IMG/VR virus record: IMGVR_UViG_3300023174_000147
From: an uncultured virus (IMG/VR IMGVR_UViG_3300023174_000147)
Taxonomy: Duplodnaviria > Heunggongvirae > Uroviricota > Caudoviricetes
DNA length: 64,000 nucleotides
Direction: 5' to 3' (one strand)
Below the pieces are notes generated by a model. It did no database searches. It had not been told where the DNA came from and worked only from the letters and a program-made list of their open reading frames with translations. The position numbers and the translations under genes are program-made. Position 1 is the stretch's first letter. Each line of letters starts with the position of its first letter. This document shows, one piece after another, positions 9,909-21,366 of this stretch.

Positions 9909-12900
9909 TTATATCTTAGCTATTCTTATATTAAACATTAGTGAGTAATAGAATCCAACTTCAGTTGAATATTCAAACTCATATATTAAATTGGTAATTG
10001 GTGTTAATTTATAGTTGCTATCTATAAAATATTCCATCTTATATCTATCAGAAGGAAATAAATCGCCTCTAACTATTTCTAAATCTGGTATTACAGTATT
10101 TGCTGTCTTTTTAACGTATAAATCAAATTCATCACCCCTGTATATAGGTGCAACATTTACATCTATGTAAGTGTTTATATCATCGTTTATTGATAAGGGA
10201 TCACCTACACCAAATTGTGATATCATGTTGTCTATAAAAACTTTCTTTACGCCAGAATTTAATAGGTATCTTCTAAGTATTCTATCTACTCTTATTATAC
10301 CTTTTATTTTACCCTGATCCGGAAAATTCTGCCAAATAACTTCTGCATTAGTAAATATCTTAAGATCCAATTTATTGTAATCAACACCAGAAAGATAAGG
10401 ACCGACTGATCCTATTCCAGTAGCCGAGTTACTTTTTGATATCTCCTGAACGCTTTTGATATAGCTATCAATTGTTGCATTTATTATCTTTGTATTTCTG
10501 CTACCCGTTGTTCTAGAAATCTCCAAAGTGATATAATTATTAGCCTGAATTGGATCTGGAGTTTGCATAACCTTCGAGCCAAAAAAAGTTTTATATTCTT
10601 TCATTGCTCTAGTACCTGCTACTGGAGATCCTTTACCGGTGCTAATGTATCTGTTATAATATCCAGGATCCCAAGACGAAGAGAATATATTAAAATCTTT
10701 TTTAGCTATAGGGGTTAATCCAATTAAAGGATAAACAGGACCCTGTGGATACGAGCTTGCAGCAGCTAATATATTAGATCCTTCCGAAACCTTGGTATAT
10801 GATAAATTTCTTGATATTCCGAAATATGCTTTATCTGGAGCGAAGTTACAATTTCTAAAAGATAAATCGATTGAATTAGATCCAATTATGGTATCGGATT
10901 TATCCCTATCGAAATGTATAACTTTTCTGAATATAGGCTCATATGCACCAGAATATCTAGTAAAGATAGACGGTAAACCCGGATCTGGATTTTTTATAGA
11001 ATAACCAGTTTCAACCCTTGCGCCTTTTAGTGTTTGCGGTCCACTATAATCTCTAACAACCAACGATCCGCTAGGTTTTGTTATTTTAGTTGGTTTTTCG
11101 AAATAAAGTTCAAACCCATCGGAAACTAATATTGTTGATACGGACGACGAATCCCATTCATAAGTTTGGTATTTTATATACTGGGAACTTCTATTGAATT
11201 TATCCGCTATATAAGATACCGAGCACCTTGATAATATCCCTTTATAATAGTTAGATCCGCCACCTAGCTGTACAACAGGTTTACCCTTGTATATAGAAGA
11301 GGGTCCAACAGGAACGGTTACTGGACTAGATGTGGAAAATGGTATGGCGAATAAATAAGAAGATCCCGTAGCGACCTTTCCGAACTCTACAAAGCTAGGG
11401 CCAACCCCAGTTGGCCAAGGATATGTGGATGATATAGGTGATACGCTAAAGCTTCCGGCCCCTGTTGAGCTTAGTCCTCCCGTAGCACCATCAGGATTTG
11501 GTACATATATAGTATGTATTTCCTCTCTTAGATCCGTATCATAATCAGGATTTTTTACTATATTTATAATTCCCGTTGTTCTGGTTGTATTAACAACACT
11601 GCCTGATACCAACGAAAGATCTAGAGCAGCACTTAATTTTATATCATCTATTGAATAAAATTTTTGCGAAGATGCTAAGGGATATTTTATTTTTTCCTTA
11701 TCGTTTAATGTATAAAGAAGAGTGTAATCTAAAATAGGATTTCCCCCTGTCCCCCCTGTATATCCAAGATCAAATGCCTTCTGATCCTTAATCACTATAT
11801 CACAAACAAAAAGTATAAATTTTTGCTGGTCATTTTCTATTACCTGATATTTAACAGGCGGCTGTATAATAGCGTTATCCTCAGGAATAGCTCTTAGTAT
11901 AGCAGAGAATTTATAATCTTCATAACCCCTATAATATTTTATGTAGCGGTCGGATTCTACCGAACCATCAAAATAAGTATCAGATCTTTTCTTTAGAACT
12001 ATTTTGCATCCTCTAAATATTGTCTCATAATATCCGGAAGCTTCGCTATAAACTAAAGGTGTAAATAATTCTTTAGTGTAAAATGAGCTGTCTCTAAATT
12101 CTGAATCATAATCAGAAGGTTCCACAGTAAAATACGAGGAAAGATATAAGACATCATTCGGATCTGCACTTTTTGCTTTATCCAAATCTATTCTGTGTGG
12201 GAGATAACTGTTCTGATCATTCATAAACTCCTTGGGAAAATATCTAGGCGGTTGCTCCAATAAAAACAATTCATGGGTTAGATATTTCGGATCAGGAGCT
12301 ATTTTTTCAAAGCTTGGAGAAAAATTTGTAGGAGAGAAAGCAGGGCTACTATTTAACCTATACCTATTTCCTCTAGAATCAGTACCTAGTGATGATCCCC
12401 ATTTATTTATATAAGGAACTATTCTTGATATGTTAGCTCTTTGTACCGTATAATTCTCCTTGAGATATTCATATTCAGTATTAATTTTACCGTAATAGAA
12501 TACTTCTTCCTTGGTTGGACTAACGTTCTTAGGGTCAAGTAAAATTCCTTGAATGCCTATAAATCCATTAAAAGATTCTAGGTCTCTGGTATATCCTATG
12601 CTAGAATAAGCTGCTGACGGAGAAGTGTATAAAACATCGGAATACTGTGCAGGGAATACTACCACATTTCCAGATGATGCTGTCCTCGATATAAGATCAT
12701 TTACTGCTGCATTGGAAGAACTTAGATTTAAACTTGGATCTGAAATTTTAAATGACGTATATCCGGTTACCCCGTAAAATAGATTACCCTCATTGTAGAT
12801 ATTTCCTGTACCCCCGTAGCTTATTTGCCCTTTTTTTACAAAATATGGGATATTAGGTTCTATTACACTATCAGTATCTGGTTTTATCTGGAAATACTTA

Positions 12901-15449
12901 TATGTTTCGGGAATTGGCGAATAGCTATAGTCGGAACTCCAGAAATCAAAATTAAATTCTTTAGTGTCAAAGAAAGTGAATACCCCAATGTTTAAAGACG
13001 CAGAATCATATACGTTAAAAGAACTGTCGGATCCCAAATTTATCTGTGAATATATGTCGCTAAGATTTAGTACAAGCTTATATTGAAAGTCATTAAAGCC
13101 AACGATTTTTCTAGTAATAGGATCAATCTTAGGATCATCTACGTACTTATTAACAGAGTCAATCATAGAAAATCCCGACTCGGTCTTAATGTAATAACCA
13201 GGTAAAACTTGATTTGAATATTTACTATCAAATACTATTCTATTGTTTTTATTCACCGTCCCGCCTATGAATTTAACATTCTCCGTAATCTCCGAAACAT
13301 CAGTCCCGTTTATCTTAACGTATCCTGGATATTCGAAAGTAGAATACTCAATCCAGTTATTAGATAAATTTGGACTAGTCGTAAATTGATTTCCCCCTGT
13401 TGGTCCTATCCAGCTAGATGTGGAATAATATATGTCATCATAAAGAACAATATCATTTTCTAAATATGTTGTCATGTTATCCCATGCCCCCTTATACTTA
13501 GAAGTAAAATTAGCATAGTTATCAAATATCGAAACAGAATATGTATTATTTCCGTATAGTCCTGAATTTTTAACTCTAATAATAGTGGATTGTCCCGAGT
13601 TACCGTAATCCATAGTTGAGATATCTATATCACCAAGCACCGAGTATAATGCTAAAGCTATCTCATTAGTTGTTCCCGTAGATGCGTTAAAATAGTAAGA
13701 ATTACCGGTTGAGTAATACGATCCGCCCGTCCATATCATCATAGATGAGTAATCTGCAGAACTTATCAAATCATACCTTCTTGATCCATCTTTTCTAGAT
13801 CCGTTTGGCCAATATAGTTTAATCGTCAAAGGTGTATTCTTATCATAAGATTGAAGAAATTCGATCTCTGTATAAGCTTTACCAGCACCCAAAGGTAGAT
13901 CTCCCTTTATAGTAACCAACTTATCGTCGCTCCCCGTAAATTTTAGAAGATCTATAGTTTTATTTTGTATTACCAGTGATCCTGATGTCGCACCCGTCGA
14001 TCCAGTTGCAGAAAATTCTCCAGTGGTATAATTAAAAGGTCCATAAGAATATTTAGGATTAGAACCCCCATATACTTGATAATCCTCAGTTCTTTTTAAA
14101 TTATAGAAGTTGTCATTTTTATCGGTTAAATAAAATAACTTATTTGGGTCCAACAGATTCACGTTATCTGAGCCTGGTAAAAATCCCGTTGCATTTTCAT
14201 AAAATAATCTAATCCCTGAAGTAGCACCTAACTCGTAGGAATTGTTATTATAATAATATCCGACATTATCCCTCGATGGTATAGGTGTATTTTCATTGCC
14301 TTCTAAATTTCTATACTCATAGAAGAATTTGCCATTTGTTCTTAAAGTAGCAATATCGTTTCTGGAAACATACATCCCAACATATCTGTTTATTGTGTAT
14401 AAATCAGAATCATCATCATCAAAGAAAAACTCAAGATTAAGAAGGTTGGGGCAAACTATACCATTTCGGGAAAATCCCGAAGTTACGTAATCCTCAAGAT
14501 CGATCATAGGATCTGATTTAGAAGAAGACAAATATTGATTCAGTAATTCACCCTTTCTGGTATAAACACCATCTGATACACTGACCCCTTTATAGTAGGT
14601 ATATGAATTATATCCCCAACTTATCTCAAGAGGTGAATTTGAGAATTGTTTATTGTTGAATATTGATCTTATGTACTTACCAATCTTAGTATTCTCTCGG
14701 AGATCAAAAGTTTTTATCGCAGTTGCTTTATTTAAGATCTTATTTTTAAATGTCGAAGATACGTCATCTACTAGTGGTAAATTTTCTAACTCTGCATATA
14801 CCGCAACCTTACCAGTACCACTTATTATACTGTAAGTTGAATTGTTTGTATTACCCTTGAATATTTGTCCATCATAATAGTATATGTCGCTCCCCGAAGG
14901 ATTCTTGCCGTAAGAAATTTTAAATTCCTCCGCAGTGTCATAATCAGCAATTACCTTGTAACTTTTAGTCGGTTCTATTTGGGTTACGTTTAGTGAATAC
15001 GGATAATCCATCGGATCATCTAATTTAAAGATAACAAAAAAATCGGGTATTTCATTCTTGATCCATAATGGAGCAAAATAGCTAAAATCCTCTGTATAGT
15101 TTTTATCAATTAAAGCAGATGCACCGCTTGCATAAAAAAAATCATACTGATCAGAAAAATACTGAGCGGGTTGGTTTTCACCATTACTGAATTTACCAAC
15201 CTGGAATATTATATCATTAGAGATCTTACCATTAGAAAAAAAAGTAGAGACATCACTTGCATAGCTATTCTCCCCTGTTACTGTGTATTTTTTAAATGCA
15301 TCATTACTTAGGGTGTTATTTACGTCCATTGAATTGAACCAAACACCGCCTTGAGAATCTACTGAAATTTTAAAATTCCCGGTTAATTTTGGATTCGTTC
15401 TAATAACAGAAAAAGAAGTATTATAATCAAAAAGTCTGGATTGAGACAT
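9909..15449 (-). CDS. large virion structural protein (1846 aa) with a CBM5/12-like motif
   Basis: Long ORF in structural operon; KGAWDNMTTYLENDIVLYDDIYY...SPNLSNNW resembles chitin-binding-type module. Confidence 0.6.
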   Translation of the reverse strand: MSQSRLFDYNTSFSVIRTNPKLTGNFKISVDSQGGVWFNSMDVNNTLSNDAFKKYTVTGENSYASDVSTFFSNGKISNDIIFQVGKFSNGENQPAQYFSDQYDFFYASGASALIDKNYTEDFSYFAPLWIKNEIPDFFVIFKLDDPMDYPYSLNVTQIEPTKSYKVIADYDTAEEFKISYGKNPSGSDIYYYDGQIFKGNTNNSTYSIISGTGKVAVYAELENLPLVDDVSSTFKNKILNKATAIKTFDLRENTKIGKYIRSIFNNKQFSNSPLEISWGYNSYTYYKGVSVSDGVYTRKGELLNQYLSSSKSDPMIDLEDYVTSGFSRNGIVCPNLLNLEFFFDDDDSDLYTINRYVGMYVSRNDIATLRTNGKFFYEYRNLEGNENTPIPSRDNVGYYYNNNSYELGATSGIRLFYENATGFLPGSDNVNLLDPNKLFYLTDKNDNFYNLKRTEDYQVYGGSNPKYSYGPFNYTTGEFSATGSTGATSGSLVIQNKTIDLLKFTGSDDKLVTIKGDLPLGAGKAYTEIEFLQSYDKNTPLTIKLYWPNGSRKDGSRRYDLISSADYSSMMIWTGGSYYSTGNSYYFNASTGTTNEIALALYSVLGDIDISTMDYGNSGQSTIIRVKNSGLYGNNTYSVSIFDNYANFTSKYKGAWDNMTTYLENDIVLYDDIYYSTSSWIGPTGGNQFTTSPNLSNNWIEYSTFEYPGYVKINGTDVSEITENVKFIGGTVNKNNRIVFDSKYSNQVLPGYYIKTESGFSMIDSVNKYVDDPKIDPITRKIVGFNDFQYKLVLNLSDIYSQINLGSDSSFNVYDSASLNIGVFTFFDTKEFNFDFWSSDYSYSPIPETYKYFQIKPDTDSVIEPNIPYFVKKGQISYGGTGNIYNEGNLFYGVTGYTSFKISDPSLNLSSSNAAVNDLISRTASSGNVVVFPAQYSDVLYTSPSAAYSSIGYTRDLESFNGFIGIQGILLDPKNVSPTKEEVFYYGKINTEYEYLKENYTVQRANISRIVPYINKWGSSLGTDSRGNRYRLNSSPAFSPTNFSPSFEKIAPDPKYLTHELFLLEQPPRYFPKEFMNDQNSYLPHRIDLDKAKSADPNDVLYLSSYFTVEPSDYDSEFRDSSFYTKELFTPLVYSEASGYYETIFRGCKIVLKKRSDTYFDGSVESDRYIKYYRGYEDYKFSAILRAIPEDNAIIQPPVKYQVIENDQQKFILFVCDIVIKDQKAFDLGYTGGTGGNPILDYTLLYTLNDKEKIKYPLASSQKFYSIDDIKLSAALDLSLVSGSVVNTTRTTGIINIVKNPDYDTDLREEIHTIYVPNPDGATGGLSSTGAGSFSVSPISSTYPWPTGVGPSFVEFGKVATGSSYLFAIPFSTSSPVTVPVGPSSIYKGKPVVQLGGGSNYYKGILSRCSVSYIADKFNRSSQYIKYQTYEWDSSSVSTILVSDGFELYFEKPTKITKPSGSLVVRDYSGPQTLKGARVETGYSIKNPDPGLPSIFTRYSGAYEPIFRKVIHFDRDKSDTIIGSNSIDLSFRNCNFAPDKAYFGISRNLSYTKVSEGSNILAAASSYPQGPVYPLIGLTPIAKKDFNIFSSSWDPGYYNRYISTGKGSPVAGTRAMKEYKTFFGSKVMQTPDPIQANNYITLEISRTTGSRNTKIINATIDSYIKSVQEISKSNSATGIGSVGPYLSGVDYNKLDLKIFTNAEVIWQNFPDQGKIKGIIRVDRILRRYLLNSGVKKVFIDNMISQFGVGDPLSINDDINTYIDVNVAPIYRGDEFDLYVKKTANTVIPDLEIVRGDLFPSDRYKMEYFIDSNYKLTPITNLIYEFEYSTEVGFYYSLMFNIRIAKI

Positions 15450-15473
15450 ATTTTAAGCCCGTATTATGTTTTA

Positions 15474-18400
15474 TTAAAAATTAAGTGATTTAACACCGCT
15501 ATCAAAATTAGGAGCTACTAAAGTGTCATTTTGATATGCTCCACTGACCTGTATATCGAACGAGAATGAGTCATCATTTCTTATTTGTATATCAATACCT
15601 AATTTTTTAGTGTATGCTATATTAGATAAATTTCCAGCCTTTCTCCATCCCCCAATATATCCTAATTTATCCACTGCTCTAAATTGGAATATTACTGGTA
15701 TATTTATTGAATTTGTTTCGCCTTCGCCTAAATATGTAACAGATAATACTGTTGTTCCTGGTACCTGTAATACAGTGTTAGAAACCGGACCAAGATATAA
15801 ATAAGCCCCACATGAATATTTACCTATTAGATACTCGTCATTAGAAGAGAATCCTAATTTATCCGCGTACATATTATCTTCTCTGGCTGCAGTAGCGCCA
15901 GTAGCAAAATCTATAGGGGTTCTTGATGATTGCTGAACCCAATATTGTGGTAAACTAGTATCACCCCAGAATGTTTGCGTGTGTCTAAATGGTGCATAAC
16001 TTACAGAAGTTGAGCTGTAAGGCTTAACCATATCTGGATAACTAGTGAATGAATAAGTACTTCCAACAGAAGTCAAGTAAGGATGACTTGTGTGTATACA
16101 GAATTCTGATAAATATCCGTTTCCTACCGGAGATCCGCCCGTTGTACCGGTGAATGTTCCGTTCCAAACAGCTGCTGCAGTACCACCTATGACTGTACTA
16201 TATGATGAAGTTAATGTAGGATCATAAGGTGTAAAAATTGTACCGTTCTGCGGATAAATCCCGGATGTACCAAAATTACTTTGTGTGGAAGATGAAATCC
16301 CGTTATATGTATACGAAGAGCTATACGAGTTTGTGAAATATTGACCCAAATCAGTTAGTGCAGGATTGTAATAAAGTACCTGATTAAATCCTATGTTTTT
16401 ATACCTAGGATAAAGATACTGTGAATACGCGCTAGACGAAGCATAAGGAGGAGCCTGTCTAAAATCTGTTGAGCTTTCAACATCATTAGTTACTAGTGCA
16501 GTCAAAGATATAGGACCATCGCCATATCTCAAATTATCATTATACCCTACAGGGAATGCCGAGGATATTGAAGATGGTACTTTAGTCTCTAGTCCCCCTG
16601 GAATTATAGAAGCAAGTTCTATCGGATTAGCTTTCTCATTGTATAGCTGAATATTATAAGATATGGAAGCTATTTTACCAGCATCAGTGGTCGTTGCATT
16701 AGTAAATATGTCATTATAGAATCCGGAATTAAGTTTGATCGTAGATCCCTTAGAAACTTTTATTTTATTATTATTTGCATCTACTATATAAACCTGAAGG
16801 ATTCCCTTAGTATTACTTAATTCAGCTTTTAACATTGTTAACTGATTCTGTAAATCTGTTAACTTATCAAATAGATTTACTACAGTCCCAGCATTGCTAT
16901 AAAACCCGCTAGCAATACCAACTGAACTGTGGTAATATGTAGCATTGCCAGAGGTAAATTGCTCAGATAAGTGAGAGGGTAAACCTTGAGCATTTAGCTC
17001 TGCTTGCATTCTTGTAACTGCAGAATCTTCGGTATTAGTTCTTAATGCTACATCCACCCCGGTAACTGATAAGTTATCAGGGAAAGATACTATAGTGGAT
17101 TGGGAGTAATCAGAAGTTAAAGGATTCTCTGGCCATCCAGCTTCAGATATTGAAGCTATTTGGATTTCTAATTTTTCGCCCTTTGTTATAGCTAGATCTA
17201 GCTGATTAATATTTTGAACATCAGAATTAGAAGGATCCTCTGGTGCCCATATATAAACGCCCTTCTTTGGATCATAAACTTTTTTTCTAATGTCAGTTTT
17301 GTATTCTGTCCAATTAGAAAAAGAAGCATTTTTCTTAGTTCCGTCATTGTCCAAAAATTCTATCTGATCGTTTGGCTGTGCTGATCCGCTATCACTAAGA
17401 TATCTGTACCTAACTTTAAATTGAATAACCTCCTGTGACCCTGTTGATGGACTAATCTGAGGAGACGGAAATGCCCAGAATCCCCTAACTCTATATTTAG
17501 GTGGGGTTACTATTTGAGGAGCATCCACGCTGAGGGTCTTAACTTCGGAAACTAGAGAAGAATAGAGTTCTACTTTTTTAACTCTCTCCTGTATAAGTGA
17601 GCTTAGATTTGCTTTAACTGCCTCTACGTTAACTCCTATTGGAGTTGTCTTTTGTCCGGTTACACTAACTGGACTTAAATTAGAACCTAATATAGGACTG
17701 GAATTTACATTAGTTAATTGTAAGGATCCTTCGTTTATAGCAGAAAACCCAGTGTTTAATTGAAGTTTAGATTGGTTGATTGATTCATCAAGCTGATTTA
17801 TTTCGCTCTTTATAGATGATTTCATCGCTAATTTATCATTAACAACTTTTATCGGTGTAGAATCTGTTACCTGTTTGTTTATCTGTACTACTTTAAAATT
17901 ACTTTGTGCTATTACCGGTGCAGTCGGTACTAATCCCTCAATAGCAGGCACTTTATTTTCTTTAGCTGCCCCAAGAAATATTTTACCCAGATCTGATACT
18001 TCACTTAGGTAATATGCTTCTAGATTTACAACTTGACCATTTGAATTTTTAGTCTGAAGTTCGTTGCTCCAAAAAACAATACCAGTTGACCATACCGCTC
18101 CAACTATATTGAAATTATCGTCAATAGCTTTAAAGAAAATTCCTTGTCTTTCGTTATATCCAATATTAACCTGTGCATATCTAGGACCAAAATCTGTCGA
18201 AGATATCGAAAGCGTGTTTGCACCTATTGTAATTGGTTGATATCCGGAAATTCTTTTAGCCTGTATAGAAGATTGATCTCTATCTACCGATGTTACCTGA
18301 TACAGTGTTCCGTCTTGTGTTGCTATCTGATCGCCAACATTAAGTGATCTACCGTCGACAAATGTGCTAAGCGTATCTGTATATGCAAGTTTATCAAGTT

Positions 18401-19124
18401 TGTAATTTCTTCTTGTTTCCTGAAATTGATTCCCGCTTGCATCAGTAATGGTAACTAGATCGTCATAATAACTGGTTACACTAAATCCACCAACAAATCT
18501 TATTGTTCTTAGTGGAAGCTGTTCTATCGACTCGTCTACAAAATACCCAATCCCATTATCTGTTAATGTCTGAATAAATTGATCATAAGAAAGATCATTT
18601 CTACCCTTTAAACTCGTATCAAAATAATTCTTCTGAGTATCTGTGGTGGTATTTGCAATTATCCGCTTAACCACTATTCTATCTGCTGCTTCTGGAACTT
18701 GGCCCGTTACATTTACGTTTATGTATAAAAGAGGGGTTAAAAAGCTTTCAAAGAACCAGTTATCCTTAACATCAAATGTGCTTGGTACTGCTAGGTTTGT
18801 TAATCTAGCGGGTTCTTTTAAAGGCTCGCTTTTGTAAATCTGAGAGTATGTGCCATCTGGATTTCTTACCGTTGCAGATGAATCGCTAATACCAGCTAAA
18901 GATTGAATGTTATTATCAATTCTTTGAATTTCCCCCCTTAAAAAGCCATAAGAAGGAATGTTTTGGTTTTGAGGTAGACCTTGTTCGTCAAGGAATTCTA
19001 TCGTAACTGTATCATTAGTAGATACCGCAACTTCATTTAATCCATTTATAATTTCTAATGAATTTTTTTGGAGCCTCAGAAACTGAGCTACTAATGAACT
19101 TATTGAATTTTGTGTGCCTGCCAT
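15474..19124 (-). CDS. large virion structural protein with coiled-coil segments
   Basis: 1216-aa ORF, heptad segments (LFDKLTDLQNQLTMLKAEL), structural context. Confidence 0.55.
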   Translation of the reverse strand: MAGTQNSISSLVAQFLRLQKNSLEIINGLNEVAVSTNDTVTIEFLDEQGLPQNQNIPSYGFLRGEIQRIDNNIQSLAGISDSSATVRNPDGTYSQIYKSEPLKEPARLTNLAVPSTFDVKDNWFFESFLTPLLYINVNVTGQVPEAADRIVVKRIIANTTTDTQKNYFDTSLKGRNDLSYDQFIQTLTDNGIGYFVDESIEQLPLRTIRFVGGFSVTSYYDDLVTITDASGNQFQETRRNYKLDKLAYTDTLSTFVDGRSLNVGDQIATQDGTLYQVTSVDRDQSSIQAKRISGYQPITIGANTLSISSTDFGPRYAQVNIGYNERQGIFFKAIDDNFNIVGAVWSTGIVFWSNELQTKNSNGQVVNLEAYYLSEVSDLGKIFLGAAKENKVPAIEGLVPTAPVIAQSNFKVVQINKQVTDSTPIKVVNDKLAMKSSIKSEINQLDESINQSKLQLNTGFSAINEGSLQLTNVNSSPILGSNLSPVSVTGQKTTPIGVNVEAVKANLSSLIQERVKKVELYSSLVSEVKTLSVDAPQIVTPPKYRVRGFWAFPSPQISPSTGSQEVIQFKVRYRYLSDSGSAQPNDQIEFLDNDGTKKNASFSNWTEYKTDIRKKVYDPKKGVYIWAPEDPSNSDVQNINQLDLAITKGEKLEIQIASISEAGWPENPLTSDYSQSTIVSFPDNLSVTGVDVALRTNTEDSAVTRMQAELNAQGLPSHLSEQFTSGNATYYHSSVGIASGFYSNAGTVVNLFDKLTDLQNQLTMLKAELSNTKGILQVYIVDANNNKIKVSKGSTIKLNSGFYNDIFTNATTTDAGKIASISYNIQLYNEKANPIELASIIPGGLETKVPSSISSAFPVGYNDNLRYGDGPISLTALVTNDVESSTDFRQAPPYASSSAYSQYLYPRYKNIGFNQVLYYNPALTDLGQYFTNSYSSSYTYNGISSSTQSNFGTSGIYPQNGTIFTPYDPTLTSSYSTVIGGTAAAVWNGTFTGTTGGSPVGNGYLSEFCIHTSHPYLTSVGSTYSFTSYPDMVKPYSSTSVSYAPFRHTQTFWGDTSLPQYWVQQSSRTPIDFATGATAAREDNMYADKLGFSSNDEYLIGKYSCGAYLYLGPVSNTVLQVPGTTVLSVTYLGEGETNSINIPVIFQFRAVDKLGYIGGWRKAGNLSNIAYTKKLGIDIQIRNDDSFSFDIQVSGAYQNDTLVAPNFDSGVKSLNF

Positions 19125-19137
19125 TTAATTTTTAATG

Positions 19138-21342
19138 TTATTGGTTATTCGTTAAACTTTTTCCTACTATATCTACTTGGAATTTTAAATTCTTCTCATC
19201 TATACAGACAATTTCAAAAACTGGCATATAATCATATGCAGAAAATGAGCTATCATCAAGTGAAACTATAAGAGTAGAATAAGCAACTCCTGATGGATTG
19301 CTTAATGGGTATAACCCATCAGCATTAGTTAATATGTTTATTATAAAATTATTAGGATATACTTGATCGCCAAAGGATATTCTAAATCTTTGTCCTGACA
19401 CCCATCTAGAGTTTGCGCTATCCTTTAATCTTATTGTTAAATCTCCATTTAGAGTTAGTGGTGTGCTATTATTAACGTGCTTGAAATAATTTGAATAATT
19501 TATGAGCGGTATCTCGTTTAATCCGCTCTGTGTTAAAGTTCCTTTACTTAAAGTATTGGAGATATTAAAATCCTGTACAGCATTTATAACAGAGAGTTGA
19601 TTGGGTACACTTCTATCTACAATTATACCAGCACCTTGTTTAACGAGATCTAGATCATACGATATTTCAACGCTAGTTTGATTATTTAGTATTGATCTTA
19701 CTAAATCATAATTCTGATCAATAAGTTGCATTATAGACTGTGTATTGTTGAATAAAGCTTGATTTGCAGCTAATGTTTTTTCAATACTTTCTATTCTTCT
19801 GTCCATATTGATGGAAGTTGGACTGCTTAGAGTTACATTTTCTAAATTTGTTACCCTGTTACTTAATCCAATAAAATCAGAAGAAGCATTATTTAGTGTC
19901 GAGCTAGCATCTTGTAAAACGTTCATGGCATCCATGAACATAGAGAGAGAGAATGGCGAGTAATCATTTATAGCTTGCTCTACCCCAGTCTGATCAACAT
20001 CAGTATCAAATTTTAGATTAATTTTAAATCCGTATGAGTTACCATTTAATTTGGTTACCGGATTAGGCCTATGTTTCTTTAATCTAGGAATATAAATATC
20101 ACCTCCTTCACTATTTACGTCATCTAAAAATAAGACACCATACAGGTTCGTAGCGGACGTAGAAGGATTCGCTGGATCATATACATCATAATATATCAAT
20201 ACTGTGTTAAACTCAAAGTCTGCTGCATCTGCGGTGGCGTTAAACTCCTCTAATGTAGAAATATTAGAATTGGTTAATATCTGCTGGTATGAGTTTGGAT
20301 TGAAATCAATACCAATAGAATCCAATTTGCTCCTAGTGTAAACTAGAGTGTTAGAATTATCGGTCTTGGTAAGAATATAGTTAGAAGGATCAGTAAAAAT
20401 GTTTTCTGAAAAATAAGTGTTTGCTGTGTCTCTAGGAGAATACCAGTTACCAGCTGCAGTGGCTCCGTTAATTCCGGTATCGAAATATGTAGCTGTAGGT
20501 GCTCCTAAAACATCATCATCAAAAATTGCTAGAGTTGTTAATCCACTAGGATTAGTTTCGTCATAATTTCTGCCGAAAAGATATTCATCATTTAAAGGAT
20601 TACTTGGGTTATTAGTCCATTGATAATCTGGATAATAATTTTTATCAGTTACGTTCTTAAATAAAACATATGGTGTATTTCCGTCCTTAGTTGGAATATA
20701 AACATAAACCTCAGAATATGCGTTTGTTGAATTCTTTACAGAGTTAACGATATCTAAATTACCAACATACTGAACCACCCTATTATATGGTGCTCCAGTC
20801 ATTCCATAAGCTCCTGTAGTTCCGTAAGGTGCATCGCCTTCAACGTATCTTTTCTGAGTTATGGGAACGTCATTGACAATAGTAACGGTATTCTGATCCA
20901 ATGCAGGAGAAACCTCAGTCGAATCAGCCGCTGAATATCTAATCGCTCCTATTTCCTTTAACCATTTAAAAAATATTCTTTCCGAAATATTTTGCTTTAG
21001 TGAAGAATCGTATTGATCGTCACCTGTTATAGTAGACTCTATGTTTAAGCAATAGCTCTGAAAACTTTGGGAGAAATCTATATTTGCATCGCCAGTTATA
21101 ATTTGCTGAGTGCTATTAGCCCAATCGAGAAATGCACTGTCCGGACCATTTAATCTTACGTAGTTGGTTTGAGTAGATGCACTGTTATCTATATTAGGTA
21201 TGTTCAATAAAGCAAACTTGGAAAATCTAAATTTACTGTCAGAGTTATTGAACGTAAATGAAAGATCCTCAGCAGACGAAGAAAAGGTGTAGAATGTCCC
21301 TCCCTGTACTTGTAAAGGCCGCACAAAAGGTGTTTTTGCCAT
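19138..21342 (-). CDS. hypothetical virion structural protein
   Basis: 734-aa ORF, short coiled coil (LSNRVTNLEN..MDRRIESIEK), structural context. Confidence 0.55.
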   Translation of the reverse strand: MAKTPFVRPLQVQGGTFYTFSSSAEDLSFTFNNSDSKFRFSKFALLNIPNIDNSASTQTNYVRLNGPDSAFLDWANSTQQIITGDANIDFSQSFQSYCLNIESTITGDDQYDSSLKQNISERIFFKWLKEIGAIRYSAADSTEVSPALDQNTVTIVNDVPITQKRYVEGDAPYGTTGAYGMTGAPYNRVVQYVGNLDIVNSVKNSTNAYSEVYVYIPTKDGNTPYVLFKNVTDKNYYPDYQWTNNPSNPLNDEYLFGRNYDETNPSGLTTLAIFDDDVLGAPTATYFDTGINGATAAGNWYSPRDTANTYFSENIFTDPSNYILTKTDNSNTLVYTRSKLDSIGIDFNPNSYQQILTNSNISTLEEFNATADAADFEFNTVLIYYDVYDPANPSTSATNLYGVLFLDDVNSEGGDIYIPRLKKHRPNPVTKLNGNSYGFKINLKFDTDVDQTGVEQAINDYSPFSLSMFMDAMNVLQDASSTLNNASSDFIGLSNRVTNLENVTLSSPTSINMDRRIESIEKTLAANQALFNNTQSIMQLIDQNYDLVRSILNNQTSVEISYDLDLVKQGAGIIVDRSVPNQLSVINAVQDFNISNTLSKGTLTQSGLNEIPLINYSNYFKHVNNSTPLTLNGDLTIRLKDSANSRWVSGQRFRISFGDQVYPNNFIINILTNADGLYPLSNPSGVAYSTLIVSLDDSSFSAYDYMPVFEIVCIDEKNLKFQVDIVGKSLTNNQ

Positions 21343-21366
21343 TTTTATTTTTTATTTATTATTTTA